Assembly (NCBI GenBank): GCA_028534125.1
Contig: CM052832.1
Location: forward strand, 17,548,001-17,612,000
Length of the DNA: 64,000 bases
Source: Lama glama
Lineage: Eukaryota
Direction: 5' to 3'
Shown piece after piece: positions 1-12,343 of this stretch. Each line of letters starts with the position of its first letter. Within the stretch, counting starts at the first letter, position 1. A program made the position numbers and the translations under genes. The notes beneath the pieces were generated by a model. The model was not told where the DNA came from, made no database searches, and worked only from the letters and a program-made list of their open reading frames with translations.

Positions 1-211
1 AGTTCTCCCTTCTCCTCTTCTACCAAGGACAAGATCAGAGTCCCCAGCCTTTCTTAACTTAACATCTGCCACCGCCCCTGCTGTCCCCTGAGGCAGAGGC
101 TCCCCTAAACCGCCTCTCTTTTATGTGAATAGTCTCCCCTGCACCCGACGGGGCGTTGGGCCGAAAGTGGGCGAAGGACGCAGGCAGCTCTCGCTGCTGT
201 GGGCTTTGCCA

Positions 212-230
212 CTTTCCCCCTGGTGGCCGC
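212..230 (-). promoter_or_regulatory. CTCF-like motif in a small GC-rich patch
   Basis: Minus strand reads GCGGCCACCAGGGGGAAAG, matching the CTCF core CCACCAGGGGG; motif match only. Confidence 0.45.
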
Positions 231-709
231 TAAATAGCCCTGAGCCTGTCCCTTCCACTCTGGTCCGGAGCCTCGGGCAGCCTTGAGGTTCCAGAAGGCT
301 TTCAGCATCAGGAAAGACAGGCTTTTTCCTTTTGAGGGGAATAATAAAACACAAAAGGCCAAGAGGGTTGTTGGCCAATTTTCGTTTTAGAGGAGGTAGT
401 GTAGTGAGGGGAGTACAAAACTCAGATCAGAGGACTGGCTCTAAATTTTCCGTGCTGCTCCAAATCGCCTGATGCCCTGCAAATCCCCACTCTGGGTGTC
501 GGTAGCCATTCTGTAGGAGGTATGTGTATGTGTCTTAGGATGCAGGGTGGGGACTGAAGTAAATGACTTGAGATTCCAAAAAGTTTTAACTTTAAAATCA
601 GGCAAATTCATTCAAAAACTCATTCTCACTGTGGCATTAAGCAGTTAGGTATCTTTTATTGGCCCTGTTGTCTCCTTTCTTAAAATCCAGAGAAAACCCA
701 TCTGGTAGT

Positions 710-885
710 GCAGCGATTTCCAGATTTCAACTCACATAAGGATCTCCGGGAAGGCTTGTTAAAGCCCAGATTACTGGGTTGCACCCCCAAAGTTTCTGAT
801 TGAGTAGGTCTTAAAGGAGCCCAGAGTTTGCATTTCTAACACGTTCCCAGATGATACTTGTGCAGGTCCTCACACCACACTTTGT
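710..885. mobile_element. MER5A-like hAT-Charlie DNA transposon relic
   Basis: Typical blocks: cttgttaaa...cagattactggg...cccc...agtttctgattgagtaggtct...tttgcatttctaaca...ttcccagatgat...accacactttg. Confidence 0.65.
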
Positions 886-1621
886 TATTGGGTTCATGCG
901 AAGTTTAAAATGGTACATATAATAGGGTTATATCATAAATATAATACAAAGACTGGTAGCTGTCATACGATCATGTCCCCTCTCTGAAAAAAAAAAGGGG
1001 TACTGAGATCTGAGTCAGCAGCTGTTGCATGATTGGGTGTGGAATTTATTGCAGTGGCAAGAAAGGCAAATACTAGAGACAATTATACTAGCACAGAGCT
1101 GAGGGAGTATGAATGCAAAAGACAATGCAGGCATCTAGATGACAACCCTTTCCTAGTGACTTTCTTAGGCTAATGCTCCCAAATGTTTGGATTAATGTGT
1201 GCGCATTGACGTGCATGGCTGTATGGACACACAGGGAGGGTTCCTGCCCTAGAGTCAGCCTCCTTCTCTACAAGGAGAGTGAAGGGGAAGCTATTGCCTG
1301 GTATCCTAGTGACAGAACTCACAGACTTAGGAAATGATAAAAGAATTCTTTTGCCTCACTCTCCCCACAGGCACTCACCCACAAGCATTTCCTTCACTGC
1401 TTGGGGCAGACATTCATGGACTAAGATCCCCTGAAGCCCACTTAAATCAATCTAAAATTCTGTACTTTTTCTCTACATCTCCAGGAATCCTTCTCCTCAA
1501 ATAACAACATTTTAGCTTTTTGCTAAAAGATCCTGTCTTCCTTTTTCCTTGGCATGCTTGTGGGTAGGAAGTCTGTTTCCTTTGTTTCCTATTTTATATA
1601 GAGACAAGAAGAAAGTGGTAT

Positions 1622-1765
1622 TGGAAACTATATACGATATCTTGTAATAACCAATAATGGAAAAGAATCTGAAAAAGAATATATGTGTATATATTCTGAA
1701 ACTAACACAACATTATGAATCAGCTATACTTCAATAAACATTTTCTTTAATTTAAAAAAGAAGAA
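1622..1765 (+). mobile_element. L1 3'-end fragment (cetartiodactyl type)
   Basis: gaactata...cttgtaataacc..taatggaaaagaatctgaaaaagaatatatg...gaaactaacacaacatt...ctatacttcaata plus A-rich tail; same element recurs in the window. Confidence 0.65.
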
Positions 1766-2280
1766 AGAGATATCAAGGATGAGTCTTGTAGGTACCAGTG
1801 AGCCCCCACTGGCAAAGCTCTAGGAAGTAAATTCAATGGGATTGAGAGGAGGAGTAAGTTCTGGCTCTGGGGGAATGAAATGACAGTGTAAGAATATACA
1901 GATGAGAAATTTATGTAAGACACAAGTTTTACATAAATGAGTAAGAGAAAGTTATGAGAAAATCTGGCAAAATCTGTTAAGATTTTAGAAGGGCTGGGAC
2001 AACTGGAACAGGGTGTTAGGATGTGGGTGAGAGTGCGTTGGAGAATGGAGATAAAATATATTAATATTCCAGGAATGGGAAGAGGTTTATAAAGTGCTTG
2101 TCCAATTACAAAATAGATTTTAAGTTAGAAGATATAAATTCTAGTTGTGGCATCAGCCATAACTCAAAATATTACTTAGAAAGTTCTCTCTTTGGTTCTT
2201 AGAGTTTCAAGAAGTCCACAACTTTTGGGGATTATCGATCTTACCATCGCATCACTATGGTTATTTTTGTTACATTCCAG

Positions 2281-2434
2281 ATGGATTGCTATAAGGGGGT
2301 GACAGGCACCATCTATGAGTATGGAGCCCTCACCCTCAATGGCGAGGAGTATATCCAGTTCAAGCAGTACGCGGGCAAACCCGTCCTCTTTGTCAATGTG
2401 GCCACCTATTGAGGCCTGGCAGCTCAGTATCCTG
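2281..2434 (+). CDS. GPX6: Glutathione peroxidase 6, coding exon 2, with selenocysteine TGA at 2410-2412
   Basis: AG at 2279-2280, GT at 2435; translates [43 protein letters not shown](U)GLAAQYP; TGA lies at the GPx catalytic position; 154 nt, ends phase 1. Confidence 0.95.
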
Positions 2435-4062
2435 GTAAGAATGCATGTTTCAACTCCTCTGGAACTAGCTTTGTCAGCTCCACGATGCCATATTCTCATT
2501 CCAGAAGGTCTTGCTAATTTGTTATTGGGAGGAAGCAGGGGGATGGGGAGAGGGGTGATAGGTGATCATGATATTCCCCTAAATCCTGCTTCTCTCTGCT
2601 CCTTAGAATACCAGGAGAATTATTTCCAGATTTGAGAACTAAGATTCTCCCAAAGATTTAGTCAAAGACCTCCAGGAACATACCTGTAGTTGAGTTTGTC
2701 ACTTGGAGCCCTGAGGAAGAACATATACTGTAGGGAACCCTGGGGCTTCTCAGCAAGAAGGTGTTAGAAAGGACATTTTTGAGGATCTGGGCTTGTGTTA
2801 GGGGATTTGGGGAAGGGGTCAAGGTGTTGAAGCTCTGCTCTGGATTGGAGGCTGTCAGAAAATGAGGAAATGGGCACAGTTAAATGATCAGGTGTCTTAA
2901 TAAATCATATCTATAGAGTAGGAGGAATCAAGCAAGGCTAAAACTGTAACTGGTAAAGAAGCAGCAGCACTTATATTGGTAAGAATAGGATGATGCTTGC
3001 TCAGTTTTGTGATTTGGACACTGTACATATTTTGTCTGGTTAAAACAGATTTAAACATGAGGGGTCCTTGTCTTGATGGTTTTTGTCTTGATTCATCACT
3101 TGTTGCATGATGTTGACCTTCTATGAAGCTGTTTACATTCAACAGAACACCAAGCCCTAGTTGTGACTCCCAACCCAGAATCTAGTTTTCAGGGGCTGAT
3201 TTTATCTTTCTCACTGATGACTTCTGGTAACAAAAGGAGAGAGGATTGATATTTCATCTTTTGAAAAACACACAAATATTCACACACACAAATGATTCTG
3301 CACCTTGCTTTTTCATGTAATAAAATATCTCTGATATCATTGTATATCACCACTTGATGAGTTTCCTCATTCAATTTAAGATACACGTTTTCAGTGTATT
3401 GCTGTGCTATAATTTATAAAACTAGTTCATGAGAATTGTGAAGAGCATCTCATTCAAATTTTACTCCAGATAAGGACACTGAGAGAGTTAAAGAAACTTG
3501 TCAAAGGATTGGACCAAGGTCTGCTATGTGTTTCTGCAATAGGAAGGAAATATTCTTGATGGTTAAAGATAAAAGGGATCATAACTGAATTAATATATAA
3601 AAACAGGAAAGCACTTTCCTTTAAGAAGAGGTCCTTGAGGGGAGATGCCTGCAGATAGAGCTGAGTCTGAATGGGATTGCCTTGTGCTGTCATGGAGATG
3701 ATAAATCTGAACTGAAAATGGCTGAAGATAGAAATAATAGTATAAGTCCAGACAGACAGTTGGAAGGGTTACTGGCAGTGGTAAAGAGCAGTCTGGAGTT
3801 CATAGCCTAGAATCCCAGTGAGTGTTCTAGGAAAATGGCAGCAGTTAGGTCACTGGAACTGACAAGAAGGTAGAGAGCCCTCTGGAGCTAGGCTTAGCAT
3901 TTCTCTGATTCCCACTACAACCCTCAGGTTAAGGCACGAAAGAGTGTTTCCAGGAATGTGACTAGAGTGTCAGGTTGTGTCACCACGGAGCATAGTAGGA
4001 GGAGAAGGAAGAGGGTAGAATGTCCATTTCGTTTGCCTTGTCCTGGCAATATTTTTTGATCT

Positions 4063-4063
<1 letters not shown>

Positions 4064-4095
<32 letters not shown>

Positions 4096-4105
4096 CCAAT
4101 CAATC
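4064..4105 (+). repeat. (ATCA)n microsatellite
   Basis: atcaatcaatcaatca... visible directly. Confidence 0.9.
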
Positions 4106-4452
4106 CACCAGCTAAGGAAGGCAATGGAATTTAAATCTGACTTCTCAGCATCCAACAGGAGCCTTCCCACAGAGGACTGACCAGTTTGTGCTTTTTAAGA
4201 GGGGCTCCTATTGGATGATGAAGTGGAGCCACTCATGGGAACTATTGCACAAGAAAAATGGCAGCTCTCTGGATGAGTTTCTGGAAAACTGTGTTCTAAC
4301 TTCTTCTCTGATTCCTCAGTCTCTGTAATCTTGAACCTTTCCCTTCATAGTCATCATCTTATTCATGTGATAAATGGATAAACTAGTGGTCTTTACTGCT
4401 CAAGGTAGGGCTGTTGTCTGGGATATCCATGCTGTTCATTCTCTACCTGCAG

Positions 4453-4570
4453 AACTGAATGCACTACAGGAGGAGCTGAAGCCTTTTGGTGTAGTTGTGT
4501 TGGGGTTTCCCAGCAACCAATTTGGAAAACAAGAACCAGCCAAGAACTCAGAGATCCTCTTGGGGCTCAA
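4453..4570 (+). CDS. GPX6: GPX6 coding exon 3
   Basis: ctgcag|AACTG...CTCAA|gtaagt; [40 protein letters not shown]; 118 nt; phases fit exons 2 and 4. Confidence 0.95.
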
Positions 4571-5071
4571 GTAAGTGCCTGCTTGGGACTCTGCAGAGGC
4601 TCTGTCAAGATGTTCCTTGCACATTCTACCTAGATGCTTCTCATTCTGGAAATTTCTGGGGTGGTTAGTAGATGAGTGGGATCAAGACCATGATTGTGAT
4701 GCTTTGAATTCAGTCTTTCTCTGCTGAAGGTGCTCAATAATTCTCCTTACCTTTGAGTTCTTTGATGATAAGACCAGGGGAAATCTAATGGAAAAGATGC
4801 ACAGGGAAAAGGAAAGAATATAGGAAATAGAAATGAATCAAGAATCCTAAGCTTAAAACATTGCCTTCCAATTTTCTTGGAATTCTCTATTGTCTCCATA
4901 AGGCCTATGCATGAAGTCCTGACTCCCAGAGACTTCTCCTTCATCACCTTCTGTGTCTACAACCTCTCTTTCTTTATCTCTAATTTCCTTTTGTGGTCAA
5001 GCTGCAGTGGCCATTTCTATCCATCCTTGTCTTAATTTGGATCCTCTTGGGAACACTCTGGTTCATTGCAG

Positions 5072-5171
5072 GTATGTACGTCCAGGTGGTGGCTTTGTTC
5101 CTAATTTTCAGCTCTTTGAGAAAGGGGATGTAAACGGAGAAAAAGAACAGAAAGTCTTTACCTTCCTGAAG
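5072..5171 (+). CDS. GPX6: GPX6 coding exon 4
   Basis: ttgcag|GTATG...CTGAAG|gtaagt; [33 protein letters not shown]; 100 nt. Confidence 0.95.
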
Positions 5172-5960
5172 GTAAGTGGCCATAAACCTGGCATGGATTT
5201 GTCAGGTAGGTAGAGATACCCTGGAAGCATGGGGCTCAAGTCTAGGACTGAGTTTGGACTCTTGGAAAGAAATGCTCAGATAAGTTCATGGATCGTGGCA
5301 CTATCTGTTGTGAGGCTTTAGCTTCAAGTAAAGGAAACATATAACACAATAGCTCCAACATAGACTAACCTTCCCTACTGAATGGTAATGACTCATTCAT
5401 ACAACAATCATTTATCAAATTCCTAGTTATATGCAAGAATTTGCTACACAATGAATTAACAAATATTACTAGGGCATGGTCTCTTCCCTGAAGGAATTCA
5501 TATCTAATCAAGGAGACAAACATCAAAATGGATAATATAACATCAATGTGGTAATTAACTTTAGAGTCACAGAGTGTTAGAACCACAGAAGCCCAGGATA
5601 GAAGGACCCTTTTTTTTTTTTCAGCTAAAGAAACTAAAGCTATACAAATGCCATGACTTACCAAGGAAAACAGAAGATAGTCTTTCATAGAAGCACCATG
5701 ATATAATCATGAGAGTGAGGGAGAGACAGGGAAAGGAAAAATGTTTTCTGTTTACTATCATACTCTCTAACTCTTGCTTGATTGGTAGTTGTTGTACTGG
5801 TAATGATGTATTAAAATGTTTGTGGTTCATTAGGAACATGTCAAGTAGTTAATATGTTGAGATACATACTGGTGAGTGGAATTTCTAGGGGTGGAGATAA
5901 GACTAGACCACACAGAAGCAAAAATAAACTGTCTTTCTATTTTCCATATCTCTGCTCCAG

Positions 5961-6167
5961 AACTCCTGCCCTCCAACCTCTGATCTTTTGGGCTCATCAA
6001 GCCAACTCTTCTGGGAGCCCATGAAAGTCCATGACATCCGCTGGAACTTTGAGAAGTTCCTGGTGGGGCCTGATGGAGTCCCTGTTATGCGCTGGTTCCA
6101 CCGGGCTTCAGTCAGTACAGTCAAGTCAGACATCCTAGAGTACCTGAAGCAGTTCAAAAGCGAATAG
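5961..6167 (+). CDS. GPX6: GPX6 last coding exon
   Basis: ctccag|[77 protein letters not shown] motif; TAG at 6165-6167. Confidence 0.95.
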   Translation, partial: NSCPPTSDLLGSSSQLFWEPMKVHDIRWNFEKFLVGPDGVPVMRWFHRASVSTVKSDILEYLKQFKSE

Positions 6168-6321
6168 GAAGGGTCAGGGACCGTCAGAAGTTGCATTCCA
6201 CCTGAAAAACATGTTTAAAGATCTGCCTCTGCTCCACATCCTTGCTACCCAACATCCATATGACCAAACCCATAAACCCTGTACAGCCCAAAAATCTGTG
6301 CGTGTGCACATACACAGGCAC

Positions 6322-6324
<3 letters not shown>

Positions 6325-6357
<33 letters not shown>

Positions 6358-6369
6358 CTGTGTGTGTGT
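6325..6369 (+). repeat. (TG)n microsatellite in the GPX6 3' UTR
   Basis: Visible directly. Confidence 0.9.
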
Positions 6370-6727
6370 TGGAAGATTAAGGGAAAGAAAACCTATCTCT
6401 CAACTCTCTGATCCCAAAGTGTCAAGTTTTTCCCACTCCATTCCAAAGGAAAATCATATTATGAATAAATGGTTCAGATCACCCATGACCCTAAAAAGGC
6501 AACCCCCAAAATTCCTGACATCCATCCTTTCCCCATCCTGAAGGTTTAAAGAAAGCAGAAACTGGCAGCAAGACTCTCAAGATCTCTTTAATAGCCTCTT
6601 CTCTCTTCCAAGATAGACATGCATTGTTAAAACTCCTGATGAGTCTTCCCTTATTCTCCCTAATTCCTGTAGTTCTCTTATAGGATCTCTGAAAACAGAG
6701 TGAGAGCAGAAACCTCATGTCACGTGA

Positions 6728-6796
6728 AAGGAGGGGCATCTCCATGATGGTGGGTCCCAAAGCCCCTGTGGGTCGGACCCTACCAGAGCCTTCCTT
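6728..6796 (+). promoter_or_regulatory. SECIS element (type II) of GPX6
   Basis: ATGA at 6744-6747; helix TGGTGGGTCC pairs with GGACCCTACCA; unpaired AAA at 6759-6761; apical mini-stem GCCC/GGGT; GA at 6786-6787; lower helix AAGGAGGGGC/GCCTTCCTT. Confidence 0.9.
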
Positions 6797-7479
6797 GGTG
6801 CCTGTCCCTTAGTGCATTCAGGTCATGGCACCTGGGCAGCGATGTCCCTTCATTCTGAATGATGGGCTTTCTCCTCACCTACAGTCTCCCCAACTTCAAA
6901 CTCATTCTTATCACCGCCTCAAATTAAAAAAACGTTCTGCAGCAGCTGGCCTCTTGTGGTGTTTTCCCAGTCCCATATCATGTCTGGAGTCATGCCAAGT
7001 CTACCTCTCTCCCTTTGTCCCTGCTGTCTTGGCTACCTCACCTAGATCTTCAGTATTTTGTTTCTCTCAAAAGTGCTCTAGACCTTTCCTTGTCCCATCC
7101 AAAAAGCACTGGGTGGGTCTGGCTGCTCATAGAGTTGCTGTGACATGAACACAGAACACAGACCTCTTGGAATCAGCCCTTCTGCACTCTCCCATTCAGG
7201 TCCAGGGTGGGGTGGGGTGGGGAATGTGTCAGAGGAATCCTTGCTTCTCAAAGAACCTTCTCTCTCTCAATAACAACAAATACATATGCATTTCTGTTTA
7301 TAAAATTAATTCCCACTCACTGTTAAAAATCTAAAAACACATAAAATAGAAGAAAAGCATAACAAAAGCCACTCCTAATCAGAGAGTAAAAAAAACAAGT
7401 TAGAAGCCCTATCTAACCCCTACTGAGAACAATTCAATTCATACATCTAATGATCAACATCTCAAATAAAATATTAATA

Positions 7480-7979
7480 NNNNNNNNNNNNNNNNNNNNN
7501 NNNNNNNNNNNNNNNNNNNNNNNNNNNNNNNNNNNNNNNNNNNNNNNNNNNNNNNNNNNNNNNNNNNNNNNNNNNNNNNNNNNNNNNNNNNNNNNNNNNN
7601 NNNNNNNNNNNNNNNNNNNNNNNNNNNNNNNNNNNNNNNNNNNNNNNNNNNNNNNNNNNNNNNNNNNNNNNNNNNNNNNNNNNNNNNNNNNNNNNNNNNN
7701 NNNNNNNNNNNNNNNNNNNNNNNNNNNNNNNNNNNNNNNNNNNNNNNNNNNNNNNNNNNNNNNNNNNNNNNNNNNNNNNNNNNNNNNNNNNNNNNNNNNN
7801 NNNNNNNNNNNNNNNNNNNNNNNNNNNNNNNNNNNNNNNNNNNNNNNNNNNNNNNNNNNNNNNNNNNNNNNNNNNNNNNNNNNNNNNNNNNNNNNNNNNN
7901 NNNNNNNNNNNNNNNNNNNNNNNNNNNNNNNNNNNNNNNNNNNNNNNNNNNNNNNNNNNNNNNNNNNNNNNNNNNNNNN
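7480..7979. other. Assembly gap (500 N)
   Basis: N run. Confidence 1.
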
Positions 7980-9993
7980 GTGAAATGTTCCAGATACAAA
8001 GTTGTTCACAGCAGCATTAGTTGTCTGGGCAAAAGTGACAGGATGGGTAAATTCAGCAGAATGCTAGCGGCTCTTTATGTTTTTTTATGGGAATGACTCC
8101 AGGATATTTGAAGTGATCAAGGTGCTCAAGAGTGTGCTGGATACACTATCATTGAGTAAAAAGTGGGTTAATGATATATACGCACACACTTGCATGTGCA
8201 AAAAGTGTCCCTGGAAGGAAGTACAAAAATGAATATGTTTGCGTATAAGGCTGAATCTGGAAGGCAAGATGATGTGGGAGAGTGGGGTGGAGGGCGGTGG
8301 CTGGCGCTGGTAAAGAGGTAAAACGGGTCCATTTAACACTTTTTCAGGTTTGGGATTCTATACAACATAGAATCTTTTTACAAAAAGAAAATTCTATCCT
8401 TTTGGACTACAAATCTTGACCAAAGATCTGAAAAATAAGGAGAAATATGGGAAAACTTGGTTTTTCAAACTGAACCTTATTTATCCTCAATTGATTACGA
8501 TAAAGACAAAGTTCTTCCCTGAACGTGTCACTGCCAAACTATCATCTCCCCAAAAAGCAAAGTACTACAGCCAAAGACTGGAAGGTCTCTCCCCAGACCT
8601 CCCCGCGGGCTTTATGGAAGAGCCTATGCAAAAATGATTGGCAGAAGTGGGATTTTAATCTCCCTGCCCCCAAAGACCAGAGCCCTCCTTCAATGATTTG
8701 GATCGCTTAGACACTTTGTCTCTACTAAAAAACCAAATTCTCTTAGAGCTATTTCTAATGCTCAAGAGACACGTAAGGAAGGTAGTTTCAGTATGAACCT
8801 GTATATTACCTTCTTTACTCCTTTTCCACACACACTTGTCGGGAACTTAACAAATCTTTCAATCAGGCAAAATTAAGGGTTAAAACTGTATGCTCAGACC
8901 ATTCCTAGACTCCCACATACCAAATATCAGGTGCTCCATCTTCCTCCCTGATTCTCTACTCTGTAATGAGTCTTCACAGCTATGTATAAAACCAGAATTC
9001 GGTTTCAGGTGTTTGCCCCTCTATCCATCCAACCTGGACCCAGAAGTCCGAGTTTCGCCTCCGGTGCTGTCCCTTATGATACCCGGGTGCAAAGGAGAAG
9101 GTAGCCAGAGAATAAATCCATTAGATTCTAGAAAAAATCGATCATTGAGAGAACGCTTGAAAATAACCATGGCCGACCTGGCTTTGGAACTGCGACGCCG
9201 CTGAGATGAGTCTCAGATTTGCCAGCTGAATTTAGGGGTCCGCGAAGGGAAGTTATATTTCGTGTCCGCACCCGGAAAACGGAGGAGCTCCTCTCCCCTC
9301 TCCCAACCTCCGCATCCCTAATTGCCTGGCATTCGAGAGGAGACTCTTTAACAAAAATCCTATTGTAAAAGATACGGAAAGAAACATCTGTGTGACAGAC
9401 CTGCTTTTTGCTGAATGGGTTCATGGTCCTAATTTCTAAAGGTCAAGGCTGAGATCTGTTTGCATTTGATGAGGGTCTTCGCACCCACCTGGGCCTTGGG
9501 AGCACGGGGCCTGCTGATTCTATGAATGCAGTCTGGACTGGTCCTCGTCCTCTCCCCTGTCCTGGCCTCCCTGCCCCTCTTCACCTCAATCATCTTAGTC
9601 CCTGCCTGGCACCTTCAGGTATCTCAAATGAGTTACTTTGTCACATATGGCCAGTTATTTCATGCAAATCCTTGAAGCTTGTTAAAAATTATATATTTTA
9701 GAATATATATTTCCTTTTAATAGTCTTTACCACTTATTGCATAGCCTCGACTTTCTGTAACACTTTTCCTTGGGATAATAAGAAGACTCCTTTGTCTAAT
9801 GCTGCAACCGCTTATTACTTTTCCTTTTGTATTTTTCTATCTCCAGTGCGTTCTGAGGAAGTGAAGCATCTCCTTGGATTTGGTGTATTTTCTGAAGGCA
9901 ACAGATTAACACTGGATAGCATGAATTCATTTTTCTTTTTTCACCAGTGGAAGTAAAATGAGATAAATTCAGCTTCATAACACAAGGTCAGAT

Positions 9994-10067
9994 GGCTCTA
10001 TGGCTTAGTTGGTTAAAGCGCCTGTCTCGTAAACAGGAGATCCTGGGTTCGACTCCCAGTAGGGCCT
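9994..10067 (+). tRNA. TRT-CGT: tRNA-Thr, anticodon CGT
   Basis: GGCTCTATGGCTTAGTTGGTTAAAGCGCCTGTCT-CGT-AAACAGGAGATCCTGGGTTCGACTCCCAGTAGGGCCT; 74 nt; intact cloverleaf with A and B boxes. Confidence 0.95.
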
Positions 10068-10811
10068 TACTCTTCCCCGGGAAGATAACACTTCCTGAAA
10101 AAAAACGTTTTATGTGGGCAAGTTAACCGTCTTCTTGCTGATTCCTCCAAATACTCACTAAACTTACAGCGCCGGGGCTCAGTAAGATACATTACAAGTT
10201 GTTTAATTGCAGCTTGCTTAGATTCCTTGCTTAACGGTAGATTCTTAGCCAGATGACAACTCAGATACAAACCACCCTCAAAGGATAGTGTATGTGACCT
10301 TGCGCCAATCACTTTTCATATAAGTTTTGCATTAAACTGTGGTGAGATGTTTTTCAGCACCCACAATGTGTTACAGTGTAAAGCACATAGACGGGTAAAT
10401 AGGTAAAATCTCCCTCAATTCTAATGATCTCCAACTCTGTAACTGTTTTTATTAAGTAAGATAATTAAGGAACCATGAATCCACTATTAAAAATTAGGAT
10501 GTTTGCAGGGACATGCTGGCCATTTTGAAGGGAATATGAGGAGGAACAGTGTATTCCCATGTTATTCCTCTTAAAACACTAAAACTTTAGGAATGAAGAT
10601 CAGCTGGGAGGAAAAATGTTCTAGCCACAAGCACCCTGGAGCTAAGCCAAGCTGCTGTGAGAAAAGGGCAATTTGGAGAATTCTTCCAGACAGCTAAAGG
10701 AACTGAGTTTCAGCCCTAGAGACTTATGGAAAGTCTGTGTCTTTTTGTCTCTCCTTCGTTAATTCAACAACATTAACTCGTGGTCTTTTATGTAGCAGAC
10801 ATATTTCTGTC

Positions 10812-10898
10812 TTTTTCTTTTCACGGAGTCACTGGGGATTGAATCCAGCACCTCCTGCATGCTAAGCATTCTACCATTGAGCTCTTACCCTCTTCCCC
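10812..10898 (-). mobile_element. tRNA-derived SINE, Vic-1-like (camelid)
   Basis: Reverse complement: GGGGAAGAGGGTAAGAGCTCAATGGTAGAATGCTTAGCATGCAGGAGGTGCTGGATTCAATCCCCAGTGACTCC plus A-rich tail. Confidence 0.75.
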
Positions 10899-11579
10899 AG
10901 TCTGATGCATGATATGAATGCCCTCCTCAGGTTTAAAACTCTTGAGTTGAACTTGTCCAAGGAAGACTTTATTCAATTGATTATATGGAGGATCAGTAAA
11001 GAGATTTCCAAGGAAGATTTCTTAGGTCCCTAAAGCATTGCTGGGACAGGGATTCAGATGTATGTGGCTTATTGGAGGAGTGGTCCTCAGGATAGGGATG
11101 AGGAAATAGCAAAGCAAAGACATAGTCTTGGATAAAATCCAAGCTTGGCCTGAACTCTGGAGTATAAATAGCTCTGGAGGAGAGTGGCCATTGAGTCAAG
11201 TGGTTTGGACTTCTGTACCCCTCCCTCACATCAGCCAGTTATTGGCTGCACCTGGGAATAGAGTAGTGTTATAATCTATTAGACGTCTCCAAACAGCCAA
11301 AGGCAATTCAATGAAGAAGGTCACAGGGATAAGCCATTAGGCAGATGGGTGTAGTAGGTTAAAAACAAAAACAAAAATAAAAAACTGGGAAGAGGAAAAA
11401 TGTTGAGGAGGAGTACCAAGATCATGTACTTCTGTAAAACAATAAGGTAAGTGGAAAATATTCTAGATTCATAATTTTAAGCTGAAGTGCAAATATCCTG
11501 TATGCCACCTATTAAATTTAGGGAAAATGGTGGATTTTATTTATTTGCTGATATAAATCGCTAATTTTGTTTTAATGCT

Positions 11580-12052
11580 TTGTATTAGTTTCCTAGGGCT
11601 GCCATAACAAATTACTATAAACTGGGTGACTGAAAGCAACAGAAATTTATTCTCTCACAGTTCTCAGGCCAGATATCTGAAATCAAAGGATGGGCAGGGC
11701 CATGTGCCCTTTAAAGATTCTAGGGAAGAATCCTTCCCTGCCTCTTCCAGCTTGTGGGGGTTGCTGGCAATTCCTGGTGTTCCTTGGCTTGTGGCCGATC
11801 ACTGCAATCTCTGTCTCTGAATTCACAGGGCCTTCTTCCCTGTATGTTTGTTTCTCTGTGTCCCAATCTCCCTCTCCTTTCTCCTCGAAAGACATCAGTC
11901 ACTGGATTATGGCCCACCTTTATCTGATATGACTTCATTATAACCTGATTGCATCTGCAAAGTCTCTATTTCCAAAGAAGGTGACATTCACAGATCCTAG
12001 GAGTTAGGACTTCAATATATATTTTGAGGGGACACAACTCAGCTCACAACAT
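11580..12052 (-). mobile_element. MaLR solo LTR (MLT1-type)
   Basis: tgtattagtttcctagggctgccataacaaa...aaatttattctctcacagttct...ttaggacttcaa...tttgaggggacaca...caaca. Confidence 0.8.
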
Positions 12053-12303
12053 GCTTAGAACTTTAATCTGCAAATTTAGAATAATACTTCAAAGTGTTGT
12101 TGCAAAGGTTAAACACTTGTCCCCAAACAACTGTTCAATAAATAAGGGTAATGATAAACATAACAATACAGGGTTTTTAAATTTTAACTTTATTGATTGT
12201 TTATTTATGTGCCAGATATCCTTCTAAAATATTTTATGTATATTTACTCAAGTCCTCCCATTATATGATGTATATGATATCAAGATATGCTATATATATC
12301 AAG

Positions 12304-12339
<36 letters not shown>

Positions 12340-12343
<4 letters not shown>

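Noticed and set aside
1525..1570. tcctgtcttcctttttccttggc as GPX6 signal-peptide exon 1
   Set aside because: Weak resemblance only, with no convincing ATG-initiated signal peptide and phase-0 donor; exon 1 is probably upstream of the window
2410..2412. TGA as a nonsense mutation making GPX6 a pseudogene
   Set aside because: It lies at the catalytic Sec position, all other exons are intact and a SECIS is present
7434..8009. Long ORFs here, at 15577-15885 and at 60862-61602
   Set aside because: Artefacts of N runs
9994..10067. Acceptor-stem wobble as an AlaRS mischarging determinant
   Set aside because: The pair is U4:G69, not G3:U70 or G4:U69
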